From Prorocentrum cordatum (taxonomy: Eukaryota): 64,000 nt of DNA. Numbering within the stretch: the first letter of the stretch is position 1; each line of letters opens with the position of its first letter. The notes below the pieces were generated by a model. The model was given only the letters and a program-made list of their open reading frames with translations, ran no database searches and was not told where the DNA came from. The translations under genes and the position numbers were made by a program. Positions 1-12,392 of this stretch are shown here, piece by piece. Location: assembly GCA_963575745.1 (NCBI GenBank), contig CAUYUJ010000002.1:930001-994000 (forward strand). The letters run 5' to 3'.

Positions 1-1560
1 ACAGGGAAGCTCTGCACAAACTCTCTGATGGTGACCACAGAATCCCTCAGGGCCCCCTACCGTGGATACCCATGAACGAGGTCCTCCACTCCAAGCGCAG
101 CAGACTTCCTCCACGACAGAGAAGGTCTCTTCGGGGACTTTGCTCGGGGGCTCATTGGTGCCACTACAAGGTGTCGAGGGCCTTCCCGGGAGAGCCTCAT
201 ATCTGCTTGCGTTGTCAAGGGAGTCCAGGGGCGTTGTATCATATATTCTTCGAGTGCGATGCGATCTACTTCTTCAGGCAGGAACGGCCCCCGTTGGAGC
301 TCAGGAACTCTGTGAAAAAGATGAAATCAGAGCCAGAGGTTCTGCAATCGTTCTTCTGTCGTGGCCTTCTCCCTGACCCTGTTCAAGCCTTTGCGTGTCC
401 CAGCAGAGATCCAGCACGCCACTTCTATGATATGGACCATAAAGGTGATGTTCATGTGGATGATTGGTTTGTTTTCACTGACGGCAGTGGTTTCTACGCG
501 GGCATTCCCTGCATGAGGGCTGGGTGGGCAGTGGTGGTCTACGACAGTGAACGCAGGAGAATTGCGCGCTACTACGGCGCGGTGCCGCTGGACATGTGCC
601 CGCAGCAGGTTTCAAAGCGTGGTGAAGACTACGCGATGCTTATGGTGAGTCGACTGGTGGCTGGCAGTTACACGGTGCTATCGGACTGCAAAGGTACGTT
701 GTCCCATTGCAGAAGGCCAGCCCATGCTGTGGGGGCTGGCAACACCAGAGCCAATGCCTGGCAGCAGGTTGCGAGGCATGAGGAATTCCACAAGCAGCAG
801 TTCAAGCATGTCAAGGGGCATGCGACTTCAGCGGGCGTCATCGAGGGAGTGCTCTCGGACTTCGAGCGTGCAGGCAACTCGACGGCGGATGCCCTTGCGA
901 AGAAAGGGGCGGCCGTCAACATGCCAGAGGATGAGCACGTAGAGTTCGTCAGGGGTTGTCGACGCCTTCGCAAGCTGCTGCTGCAATGCTTGGGCAATTT
1001 TCAAGCATGGCTCTATGACTCCAGCACGGATGGCTTGGACTACCATTTCCCGCTTAAGGATGATGCTGAACTCCCACCATCTGCGCCAGCTGAGCCTATG
1101 GGGGCTACAGGCGAGCCGTTGGTGGAATTGGTCCTTGAAGATGAGTTGGATGGATTCCTGGAGCCGTGGAAGGTAGCGGGGCGCACTTTGGTTGAGTATC
1201 CGAAGATGGGCTCGCCGCATTTTATTTTGTTCTGTTCGACATGCTGCCAATACTTCTGCTCCGACTCCAGGAACCACAGAGGGTTGGCGCAGAAATGCAA
1301 AGGTAAGCACGGTGAAGTCGAGAACAAGAGCCACTATGATAATCTGAGGCGCCCTCAGACCAGTCGTGCTGATGTTCGGTTGGAGTCACCGAGATCCCCA
1401 TCGGGAACCGCAAGAGATGTTGTTCGTGCTGCCAAGCGTTGGGGGCTTGATGTGAAGAATTATTCGTCGCAAGGTCCACAGAAGAAGCAGAGACTCTTAG
1501 ACACAGCAAATATTATCCGAGCGCGCGGTCTTGAATATCAAGAGGCCGTAGCCTCTGGGG
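1..1560 (+). mobile_element. 3' part of a non-LTR retrotransposon (LINE) ORF2: RNase H plus C-terminal Cys-rich domain
   Basis: ORF 72.. shows RNase H motifs FVFTDGSG / RAGWAVV / GEDYAM / SDCKG / HVKGH / GNSTADALAKKGA, then CSTCC...GLAQKCKG. The ORF beyond about 1600 is read-through into repeats. Confidence 0.85.
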
Positions 1561-1679
1561 GGGTTGCCGGGGTGGCTCTGCCGGGGAAGGGGGGATGGGG
1601 GGGGGGTGCGAGTTTCCGGCGGATGCGGGGCGCTGCTTTTACAGAAGGCTCTAATCTCGAGGATGCGCTGGAAGGGTGG

Positions 1680-2215
1680 CCGCGGCCGCAAAAGTCTCTC
1701 AGGACGGTCTACGAAAGTCCCGAGACCCCGAAGGATCGCCCGAACACGCCTAAGATGGCCCCAAGACGGCCCAAGAGCCTTCCACGACGTCTGAAGAGGC
1801 CTCCAAGAGGCCTCCCACGATGGCCCCCAGAGGCAAAAATAGTTGATTCCCATTGTTTTTTTTTCAATGTTTTTGGGGTTGTCGCTTTTTTCGGCTTTCA
1901 GACGCTCCAAGACGGCCCAAGATGCCCCCAAGACCGCTCGAAGACGGCCCAGGAGGCCCCCAGACAGTCCCAAGACGGCCCAAGAGGGCCCCAAGGCGGC
2001 CCAAGAGCCGCCCAAGACGGCCCAACAGGCCCCCAAGACGGCCCCAAGAGGACCCAAAAGAGGGACGAAAAGCGGAAAAAATCTAGCCTTCCAGCCCACG
2101 AGGCCCCCAGGAGGCCCCAAGAGCCTCCAAGAGGGCCTCCGAAAGCCCCCAAGAAGCCCCCACGACGCCCTGACAGGCTCCTAAGATGGCTCAAAAAACG
2201 CCCCAAGAGGGCGTC
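1680..2215 (+). repeat. Degenerate 10-11-bp periodic GGCCCCAAGA(C/G) repeat
   Basis: Many ggccccaaga/ggcccaaga variants. The same family occurs near 8200-8470, 17140-17330, 20580-21040 and 30100-30190, and reverse-complemented at 24830-29000 and 43900-47050. Confidence 0.85.
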
Positions 2216-2999
2216 CTTGCGCCGATAGGCTCGCCTCCACCGCTCGCACCACATCGTCCAGGCCACATGTTTCGTAACACGACTCCGTGCACGACGTATC
2301 GTGAGTTTCCAAAGTGATCGGCATCCTGTATGGAATTTTCATGTCATTATTATTTCCCGTCCCCACGGTCACTGCAAGCACCCCGCCGTTGATAGAACCA
2401 CTGTTGCGAGATGGCTCTATTGACCCAACTGCATTCCTACGCCCTTTCGAAGGTAACCCGAGAAGTTTGTGCGTTTGAGTGTGCGCCCATAACGTCTGCG
2501 TCTGGAGAATAACACCGAGCGACCCGGATCGGCGGCACTGGCCGAAGGCCACTACAATATCAAGAGGCCGTGGAGCTCGGGCGTGTTTTCGATAATGATG
2601 ATGTTTCGGAGGAATCTGATTAGCGGGACCATCGTCCAAATTTTTGGCAGCCCATACGTTGTTGTGTTTGACCCGCGTGGGCTGTCATGTCATGTCATGT
2701 GTGTGCGTGTTTCTGAGCCCCTGATGTCGTGTTTGATCCTCGAGGGCTCCGTCAACTCGCTTAACTTTGTTTCCCTGTTTCGTGCAGGGTCGTGTGCCCC
2801 CGTGGCCAAGCCTGGCCAGTGGCCCAGGCGAGTGCGGCCATGCTGGCGCCTGGGTGTTCCGTGGGGCGAGTCAAGTTGTTCCCTACCTAGGCTCTGCCTA
2901 GAAGGGTTCTTACTCGGTTTGCTTAAAGGGTCGGGCAGTGGACCTCGCCCCGGTCGGTTCCCCCAGGATCCGCCCCGCGGTTCCCCCAGGCCCCTGGGA

Positions 3000-3220
3000 G
3001 CTTTAGCTTTAGCTTAGCTTTAGCTTAGCTTCAGCTTAGCTTCAGCTTTAGCTTAGCTTTAGCATAGCTTTAGCATAGCTTTAGCATAGCTTTAGATTAG
3101 CTTTAGTTTAGCTTTAGTTCAGCTTTAGCTTAGCTTCAGCTTATAGTTAGCTTAGCTTCAGCTTAGCTTTATACTAGCTTTAGCTTAGCTTTAGCTTAGC
3201 TGTAGCTTTAGCTTAGCTTT
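3000..3220 (+). repeat. (TTAGC/TTTAGC)n tandem microsatellite
   Basis: Direct reading: gctttagcttagctttagcttagcttcagc... Confidence 0.95.
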
Positions 3221-4299
3221 ACTGTTACTACTAATGCTGCTCTCCTAGGGGCTCCAACTCCTAGGTAAGGTCGCACTGGGATAATTTTTGCTTTGCCTGG
3301 GGCGGCTTGGCCCCAAGTATGCATGTGGTGCTTGACGGCTCGCTGACCCTGTTTGAGCTTGGCCTCCCCGTCGACGTCTATTGCCACGTGTGCATATTTT
3401 TTCGTGGCTCTCGCGCTGGGCCACGCGTGGTGGGGGTTCCCGGCCACGGCGCTGGGGGCCCAGTGGGGGCACCGCGTCGCCACGGCGGGCTTCGTGCTGG
3501 TGAGCACGGGCCTGCCGCAGGCCCCGTGTTCCCTGTCTGCGCCGCCGCGGGCGGCTGCTTGGAGGTGCTCAGCCATCTCTCTCCCTTCCCTGGCGGTTGC
3601 GAGGTGGTCCTGGCCCTTGTGACTCCGCCGTGTAACTGCTGGAGCGGGGAGGCGAGGTGCTTGAGTGCTTCCCCCTGCCTCTGGATCCCAACGCCCCCCG
3701 GCTTCCGCTCGCTCGCTTGCTCCCCCCCCCCGCCCCCGCCGCGCGGACGAAGACGATGTCGAGAGCGCGGCCTTCCCCAATTCAGACCACTCGCTGAACT
3801 GCCACGGCGTGTGAACTCGCCCTCCTTGCCACCGCGAGGACGAGCGCAGTGGAGGCCAGTCCAAAAGAAACCTTCCACAAGAAACCCAACCCTGAGACCC
3901 CAGGACGTCCATTGATTTTTGGCGTGGACACTTCGCGCTTTCCATCGCAAAACCAGCGAAACTCAAGAAACCCAGGGCACCCTGGATGCGAGCAAGGTGT
4001 TTCTTGGCACGGCCCCCACTGTACGAGGTGGAAATCACGACCCGTCTTGATCAGACCACTCGGTGGAATTGCGCGGTTCCTGCACTCAGCCTCCTGCCTA
4101 ATGCGCTGCTGCTAGGCACGGTCGCAAGTAGCTGGATATGTATGTATATATACATACAGCTAGAGAAACATAAGTATCTGTGTATCCTCCCTGTCGCACT
4201 CCCAAGCGTGTTGGTAGGTCGGGCCGGGCGTGTCGATCCAATGATCGTCTGAAACCTGATTATCAACGTGGGACTCTATCCTTGGCGCCGCGCGCATCC

Positions 4300-4720
4300 G
4301 TCTTTGAGGCTTGCAGCCGCTATGGAAATGGATGGGCGGTCAAAACGAGTCTCTCGCTTTAGCGCCGTGCACATGTGTGTTCACATCTTGCATCTATGGC
4401 AGCGGTAGAGGGCTGCTCCTTTTCAACATGGAGGCATCGCCTTAGCGCTGCTCACATTCGTCTTACACATACTGAAATAGGTACAATGGTGGAGGGAGTG
4501 CGTTGGCTTTCAAAATGGGGCTAGCGCCTTCGCAACTCTGCGCACCTCCGCCGTGACACTTGCAACGGTTCCGTGGATGGATGGCGGCCCCTCTTCAAAG
4601 TGTGCCCCGCGCGCGCGGATTCTTACACTAGCACTAAACAGATGCAACGACTCCACGGAGGGAGGGCGGTTCCTTTTCAACATGTGTTGCTTCGGTCTGC
4701 ATCACGCTCAGTGCCAGTGA
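4300..4720 (+). repeat. Degenerate copies of the ~80-bp repeat family seen at 34550-34880
   Basis: Recurring ttgca...gggcgg...tttcaa(a/c)at...tcgccttagcg...cacattcg pieces. Confidence 0.55.
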
Positions 4721-5055
4721 ACGTGCTCAACAGTTCCGCAGCAGGGTGGGGGTGGGGGTGGAGGGAGGCGGCCCATTCACAACAGCGGGGTTCTCGCAGG
4801 GCGGTTCGATGATTTGTCTGATGCTACCTTGTTGCGTTCGTTCTGATGGAACTCTCTAGAAGGGTGCAGGGCAGATCCTTTCACACGCGAAGCTCTCGCC
4901 CGCATGGCAGGCCCAGGTGGTGCTCGTGTTTCAGTGGGGCGCTGCTTGTTGTGATCAAGAAGGCCTCGGGAGACGTATGAGGAGGGGACTTTGGACGGGA
5001 GGGTATACTACAACATCGTTGTACATCCTGGATTTGCTCTGTCCATCCAGATGCG

Positions 5056-6108
5056 ATGGAAGTAAGGCCCACTTATTTTGGCGTGGGCACGGTTGATAAC
5101 CCTGTTATATTGCATGGGGACGCTTCAGGAGGTCCCGATACCCACGGCCCTCGGCTTCGCCGTGTTGGGGTTGCGGTTGTCGATGCATCTAAATGGCGCT
5201 CCGATGATCGTGCCAATTTTGTGTTCGGTCTTCTCCCTGGTGTGGTCCAAACAATTGCCAGAGGCGAATTGCTGGCTTTCTCGGTCGCAGTCCGTCTCAC
5301 TCGTGGCCCGCTCGTTTTCGTGACAGATAACGATGAGGTCTGCATGGGGTGGTGGGGTAGGACCTACACCAACCCCAGGGGCTCCAACCTAGACGTGTGG
5401 CGTCAGATAGGCAAGGATCTAAATGCGCAGTGTGGGGAACCTGGTGAAATTGTCGTCCTCAAAGTGCCCTCCCACTTAGAGCCTGCGGATATCCTTCAAC
5501 GGAACACCCCCCGATGGATGGTCGAGGGGAATCTTTTTGCGGATATCCTTGTGGGGGAAGCGGCTTTGAAAGCCAGAGTTCCCGCGGACCAACGTCATAG
5601 GGTCTGAGTTGTTGAAGATGAAGCCTGTCGTATCTGCCATCGACTTTTACGGGCGACCTTAGAGGTTGCCGAGCTTGATCGTTCGAAGGAAGGGGAAAAC
5701 GGGCCCTCGTGCCGCTGCTCGTGCTTCCCGCTCGCACCCCCCCCATCCCGCCGCGGTGGCCCTTTTCTGCTCGGCCCACGCTATAAGTGATGCGGCATGA
5801 AATACCAAGTCTGCCGCGGGTCCACGTCTGCGGCTGCGAGGGGGGAGTTCTTGGCTTCTGAATGTTTTCAGCTCGTGAGGTGCACCAGTCACACGGTTCG
5901 GGTCCCTCTATCCCACAGCATGGTGTTCCATGAATCCCTGTCAGTTTGGTTCTGTTCCACTTGTGGGTGCATCGGCCAGTCCAGGATAGTGGGTCTCGCG
6001 CAGAAATGCAAGACTCCGACCAGGACGGGCAAGGAGTACCTCGACCGCATCAGCCGAGGCCTCCCACCCAAGGCGTGGGGGAAGGCTGGGCAGTCAGTCG
6101 ATGGCTAA
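5056..6108 (+). pseudogene. Degenerate LINE 3' fragment (RNase H plus Cys-rich C-terminus)
   Basis: ILHGDASGG...PRLRRVG, QTIARGELLA, FVTDN, KVPSH, GNLFAD. Same-frame continuation 5797-6108 (WFCSTCG...GLAQKCK) after a stop at 5607. Confidence 0.8.
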
Positions 6109-6500
6109 TCTTAGTCGAACTCGCTTCGCGAGAGATCTGAATCTCTAAAACTCCTCTCATGCCCGCTCTATCCGGTTCTCGTTCTTATCGTCCCTCTCCT
6201 CCACCTGTCACTTCTCCTCGTCGTCCTCCTGCATGCCTCCTCTACTTGTCCTCCCTGCCCTCTTTCTCGTCCGCCCCCTCTTCCTGCCGAATTCTCCTCC
6301 TCCTCATCCGCCTCCACATCCTCATCCTCCTACTCTTCCTGCTCTTCCGCGTTACCCTCCTCCTCAACTTTCCGTCTTCGCACTGCTCGTCGTCGTCGCT
6401 TTCCTCCTCTTCCGTCTTCGCACCGCTGGTCGTCGTCGTTTTCATCATCCTCTTTCTCATCCTCGCTCCTCATCCTCCTCCTCCCGCACATCTCACAAGT

Positions 6501-6544
6501 TCAGAGCATCATCATCTCGGGGAACTTCACCGTCACTTCGAGTC
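6501..6544 (-). CDS. Terminal coding exon of DUF1517/FLAP1-like host gene: (G)LEVTVKFPEMMML*
   Basis: AG acceptor (6546-6545), phase 1 matching the exon ending at 14123, TGA at 6503-6501; completes a DUF1517-type C-terminus. Confidence 0.8.
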
Positions 6545-6934
6545 CTCGCGTTGGGAGTCCAAGAGGAGCACGGATGAGCGACGAGGAGACCGAGGACGAC
6601 GAGGAACAGAGAGGATCACGAAGGGGGAACCCCGAAACATGTCAGCCACGTTTTTGGCCATTCATTGTTTGCCAGCCTGGATGGGCACACTCACCGAAAC
6701 AATCCTGCTCACGCTTCGCCTAAACATTAGAGACCAACAACCAACGAAACACAGCACGGCAGGGCCGTGCCGTGACTTTGGCGTTTGTTTCTTAAAGCCC
6801 ATGGATCGTTCTACCTTGTTCGAACGGTTCAAACAATCGCCAACCTTGACGACAGTCGCATTCGAACCGATTTGCGGTCGCGAAGCGTCGAATGCGACCG
6901 ATTCGTTGAGCGATCGTCGAATCGTTCGTGCAAA

Positions 6935-7087
6935 CCTCAGGGTCGGGCCTGTCCCCCTACAGAAACATAAAAAGTGCCCCAGAATATGCTTCCCAAATGC
7001 CAGAACATAGTCAAAACATCGTCCCCAGACTATGTCTTGACTATATGTGAATATCCCTCCTGTAGAGGAACAGGCCCGAACTTACGG
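6935..7087. mobile_element. MITE, ~150 bp, imperfect ~28-bp terminal inverted repeats
   Basis: cctcagggtcgggcctgtccccctacag ... ctgtagaggaacaggcccgaacttacgg; second copy at 9112-9272. Confidence 0.7.
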
Positions 7088-7280
7088 CAAACCTGAGCGA
7101 TGGCAGCTGTCCGAGTGCGCAACAAAAACCGTTCGCCGTCGGCCGACTCCGGGCCGCCGCCGGCGCTCCGCCTGGGAACGCCCGAGCCCCCGGGCCGCCG
7201 CCGCGGCGGCGCGACACGAGCCTGCCGCGCACGGGTCCTGGCCCCGGTATAGTCAACCCCTGAGCACCATGACATCCAGG

Positions 7281-7359
7281 GGAGGAGGAGGAGGAGGAGA
7301 AGGAGGAGGAGGAGGAGGAGGAGGAGGAGGAGGAGGAGGAGGAGGAGGAGGAGGAGGAG
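7281..7359 (+). repeat. (GGA)n microsatellite
   Basis: Direct reading. Confidence 0.95.
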
Positions 7360-8794
7360 CGCGTCAACAGTCAGGGTGGAGGGCTCAGGGCGAAATCCAT
7401 ATGGGCTCGTGCACCTCGAAGATCAACCCGCCTTGTGTGATGCACCTTTTTGCGGATTCAGACCCGGGTGCCAAGGGCTCCAAACTTCGCGCTTCGCGCT
7501 GCACGCTGCGCGGAATGCGAATAACTTCGCGCTCTCGCGCCGCCTCCCAAGGGAGAAGAGGAGGACGAGGAGGAATCGGAAGAACTTCGCGCCATCGAGG
7601 GTGCCCTTGGGTGCAGTCAACCCGTATCATTAGGATGCACGATAAGGATGCAGGGGCCTTGGGAGGCCATGTTGACACTTTGCGAGCGGGGCGCGGCCAA
7701 CGAAGGCGGCGGCCAGGGATGGACAGGGGAGGCAAGGATGCAAGGGTACCCTTGGGAGGGTTGTCCATCCTTATTATGCGGGTTGGCTGTATGGGTGGAC
7801 TCTTCCATCACTCTGGCGCACAGAGGGGGAGTGGGAGGGTGAAACACAGCCAGGAAAATCATCCCCCTCTCTGACATTCGCGGGTGAACCACTGGTGCTT
7901 GCTCCTCCTCCACTCCCCGTCCCTCCGCCGTGCTCCAGCGAGGCGTTCCGCCCTTCAGGGACCGTCAGACGAGACGTCTTCCTTCGCCCACCCTTCCTCC
8001 CTTAGCGGACGAAGAACGGTATGAAATAAGCTTTTCTGCCATCGGAGACGCCTGGGCGGCTGGACAGTTTATACCCCTATGGTGGCGCGTGAGGGTATAC
8101 GACGTTTCCAGCTGCCCTGGGACAAGCGTCCCAGATGGCGGACACATTCATAACTGTTCTTCGGCAACTGACTTGCGCCCTTTCCCAGGTGGCCCGCGAG
8201 GCACCCAATTAGACTCCCCCAAGGCGCCCAAGACGCGCGCCCGAGACGGCCACATGGCCGCCCTGCCCCCCAGAGCTGCTAAGCACCCCAGAGGTCCCTG
8301 GCTAAACGCTCCTCAGAGAACCCCACACAGGACGTCAGGACCTCAAGACGCCTTCCCAAAACAGCAGAGGACAATCCGAAGATGGCCGAGGGGGCCGCCG
8401 AGAATCACCGAGCGCCTCCAACACTGCGATCGAGAGGCCCAGGATGAGCCTCGGCAGGCTCTCGAGAAGCGAGCAACACCTAGATCACCATAGCGTCTCT
8501 CTCTCTCTCTCTCTCTCTCTCCAAGGCCACCAAACTTCGCGCATCGCGCCCCGCACGATTACCTTTGCGCCCTCGCGCGACCCCCCTCTCATGCGTCGTC
8601 AAGGAGGCCCAACGCCGATCTAAAAACTCAGCACGGACCTCCTGAAGTTCATGTTTACGTGAACGTTTTCTTATTCGGCGTCTCGACACTGGATCGAAGG
8701 GGGGGTGGTCTGGCTCCAGACCTCTGTATATTGCGACTGCTTGCGACAACGCGTCCTGTGGGGGAGACCCTGCTTGAATCGGGGATGGACAGAA

Positions 8795-8917
8795 CCCTTT
8801 AGTAACACGTGGTTTAGTGAACACGACCTCGGGCCCAAACCTGGCGGGCGCAAGCCTGGGAAATGACGGCCGCGAGGCCCTCTCGAGAACTGAAAACGGA
8901 CAATTCATTAATCGACG
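8795..8917 (+). repeat. ~120-bp dispersed repeat, second copy at about 10407-10529
   Basis: acccttta gtaa(c/a)acgtggtttagtgaa...gggcccaaacctggcgggcgcaag...gaaaacggacaattca in both places. Confidence 0.85.
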
Positions 8918-9111
8918 TGTCAGGGTGGGGGCTCTGTCCACCCTCGATTGAAAAAGGCGCCGACAACAGCCACAATCCACTCCATGGGGTGGGGGGAGAG
9001 GGGGGCGCGAGGGCCCGCGCCGATCGGCGAAACGAAATCGATCGCTAAGTGATCAACTGGTGCTAAGTGATCAACTGGTTCCTCTTCGGCTCCTCTCCCG
9101 CCTCAGCCCAG

Positions 9112-9272
9112 CCTTAGGTCGGGCATGTCCCCCTACAGGCGGATTCTGGGCGAAAGACAAAATATTCAAACATGCCCACAAATGGTCAAACCATATAACA
9201 AACATCGGCTCCAGACTATTGTTTGACTATTTTTGAGAATTCCTCCTGTAGAGGGACAGGCCCGACTTGAGG
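9112..9272. mobile_element. MITE, ~160 bp, imperfect ~35-bp TIRs, same family as 6935-7087
   Basis: ccttaggtcgggcatgtccccctacaggcggattc ... gaattcctcctgtagagggacaggcccgacttgagg; shared internal aaacatcg..ccagactat..ttgactat. Confidence 0.7.
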
Positions 9273-11944
9273 AATATGAGAAACGATCGCTATGGGATCG
9301 ATCAGTTCCTCTTCGGCTCTCCTCCCGCCTGGGCCCAGCCCGCGAGACCACCTCCCCAAAAACATGAGGCCCCACGCCCCGCGGCCCGGCAGCGGGCGAG
9401 GAGCACGCGACTGGGTTGCACAGAACAGGACCACATCGCTCGGGGGCGTCCAGGGGAGGGGGGCGTCCAAGAGGAGGGGTGCTGGCAAATCTCGGGCGTT
9501 GGCAGAACTGGGTTTGATGGGACCTGGTTTACTGATGTGTACTGGGGGACGCCCCCCCCGCCCCGTGCCACTATCCAGAACTGCCGTCACCCGAAAACCA
9601 CCAACTACGGCAGACCTGGTTGATTGACCCTGGCCAATTTAGGGGCTCCGTGGCCCTACCACTAACCGCGTCCCCTTACGGGGGGGTCCTGGCTAAACCC
9701 GAAAATTATGGCCCGAAGGACGTGCGCGGCCGATACAAGCCTCCTAGATGGGGTCGGAGGATTGCGCCGCATCGCCGAAACATCGGCGATGCATCGGTGA
9801 TGCATCGGTGATGCACTGGTGGTGTATCGTCGACGCCGGCGATGCATCGGCGATGTCGACGTGATGCAAATCGGGCCCCACATCGAGCCGCATCGGCGAT
9901 GCATCGGCGATGCGGCTCGATCCTCTGGCCCCGGCTGCTCCGACCCCGTCTAGGAGGCCTAGAGCCGATGAAATCTGGGGAGACCTCGTGGCAATGGCCA
10001 TGACATCCACCCTCCCCTTCGCGCGCGGCTTCGCATGGTGCGACGCGCAAGCTCTCGGGCGTTCGTTGGCGGCGCGCACAAGGGGGTGGAGGAAACGGGA
10101 GGGCTTCTTAGAAGGAGGCTGCTTCTTGGAAGGCGCCGGCCTTACGACTATAGACGAGGCCCGCGCCTTCTAAGAAGCAGGGGTTCTGCTAATTAAGAAG
10201 CCCTCCCCGCCTCCCCCAACCCCCCTCTGCGCGTGGCTGAACAGTCCCAACTTCGGGCATCTACTGACCCGGGTCAACGCTAACCCGGGTCAGTCAGGCT
10301 TTGCGAGGTCCTGCAAGATCCTGCAGAATCCTCCACCCAAGCCCAGGTCAGTGCAGCCCCGGCCCTGCAGGCAGGATCCTGCAAGATCCTGCAAGATCTG
10401 ACCGAACCCCTTTAGTAAAACGTGGTTTAGTGAAAACGACTTCGGGCCCAAACCTGGCGGGCGCAAGTCTGGGAATGACGGCCGCGGTGCCCTCTCGAGA
10501 ACCGAAAACGGACAATTCACTAATCGACAATTCACAATTCACGGACAATTCACTGATCGACCGTAAACGGCGCTCTGACCGAACCCCGTTTGCATTGACC
10601 CCCGTCTCTTGAGCTCCTTTTCCACCGCCTTTCCCTGACCCGCTCGGGGAAGGGAAGCGCGTCCAACGCGTCGCGCGGCTCCTTTTTTTTATATCAATGT
10701 GGCGCCCGACTGATGATTCAGAAACGTTCAGTAGCACACTCGCTTCTTAGTCACGGTCGGACGCGCCCAAGTTGCATCACCTTGCTCGGCAGCCCTGGCT
10801 CTGCAGGCAAGGTCCTGCAAGATCTGGCGCTCTGACGGAACCCCGTTTGCACTGACCCCCGTTTCTTGAGCTCCGGCCAACTTCTCTCGCGTCGGGCGCC
10901 AGCTCCTCGGAATGGAGCGGCGCAGCCAGGCCAGTCGGAAGAGGCGGCGTGGTCGCCGAAAGCTCACCCAGGGCGCCTGACAAAACGAGGTACCTCAATC
11001 ACAGGCTTGAGATCCTCGACGGGTGTGCTGTTCGAGGGAGGAAAAACGGCTCAAAAACATTAACTTTCGGAGGTCCGCGCGGATTTCTCGAATCTGGGCT
11101 AGTACACCCTCTCTTGCGCGCGGAGCGCGCCAGGGGCGGAGGCGCCGCCCGGGGGCCCAGCGCGGATCCAAGATATCCGCGCGGATCGCCAAAAGTTTCT
11201 GTTTATGGCGTTTTTTCTTTCTCGAAGATCTTCGACTGGTGCACTGTGGGAGGGCGCCCAAGCGTCGTGCCGACCAGAACTGGACTGCGACCCCGAATCC
11301 CGCACTGTGTTTCGACGAGCGGGCTGCCCCGAGGAGGCCTGCCGAAGGCAAGGCAGGGGAGAGCCGCGGGGGCGGAGTCCGGAGCGGCAAGGAGCTGCGC
11401 AAGACACGCGCCCTCGGAAGTGCGCACTGCTCTGCGGGGTCGGCGCTGGCTCCTCCTCCCGGCCTCGGGACTTCCTCCGCGCGAAGCGCCGGCGGGATTC
11501 TGCCCGTGAGCGTGCCGAGGGTGGCCTCTCCGATGGAAACGTCGCTGCGTGGTGGACGAGAGGTTGCGCTTCTCTGCGTGCGTGCGGCGGTGGAAGCCGC
11601 CTTCCCGCTGGAAGCCTCCCCCGTCCACCGCCAGGAGATGCCACCGCGTGCTGGACGCGGCGTGGAAGCCTTCCCCGTCCACCGCCAGGAAATGCCACGC
11701 GACTCTCCCCTCCGAACCCCCCCGGGAAGCCTGGCTGCACGGCTTCCCGCGCGGGCCCGGCGGGCGCTTCGAGCTGGTTCCTCCCTCGGCGGGGGTGCGC
11801 CTGTTCCTAAGGGGCCAAGCGGGGGGGACGCGTGGCACGTCATTGCCCGAGGCATGTGCGCAGAAGAAGGGGGGCGGGGGACGCATCCAGAGGAGGTGAA
11901 GCAGCCGTGGGACCTGGCAGGGTTCGTGGCGGCGGCCATGAAAC

Positions 11945-12392
11945 CTACACACACAAACAACACACAGGCGCACGCACACAAGCGCACACATACAACACAC
12001 ACATACACACAACACATACGACACACAGCACACAGCACACAGCACACACAAGACACACGACACACACAACACACACACAACACACACCACACAAACACAC
12101 AGGCAGAAACACACGCAAACAACACACAAACACATCAACCCACACATACACAAACACACAAACACACAGACACACGCAAACGCACAAACACACACGCAAC
12201 ACACAAACACACAAACACACACACACAACCACAAAACCACACAGACACATGCAAACGCACAAACACACACGCAAACACACGCAAACACACACAGACACAC
12301 ACACACACAAACACACAAACACACACATACACACAAACACACAAGCACACACACAAACACAGACACACACAACACACACACAAACACACGCA
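11945..12392 (+). repeat. Degenerate (CA)n microsatellite
   Basis: Direct reading. Confidence 0.95.

Noticed and set aside
1560..2228. LINE protein fused to a Pro/Lys/Arg-rich tail
   Set aside because: Read-through into stop-poor GGCCCCAAGA repeats.
3000..3220. Telomere repeat
   Set aside because: The unit is TTAGC/TTTAGC with no G-run, not TTTAGGG, and it is internal.
3208..4038. Possible DIRS/Gypsy RT remnant (LGFLSFAGF...K...MDVLG)
   Set aside because: One weak motif with no YxDD or other domain.
10990..11913. Candidate minus-strand microexons (11888-11913, about 10991-11011)
   Set aside because: They have splice-like ends but give no family-consistent peptide; the 6501-6544 exon completes the gene in phase.
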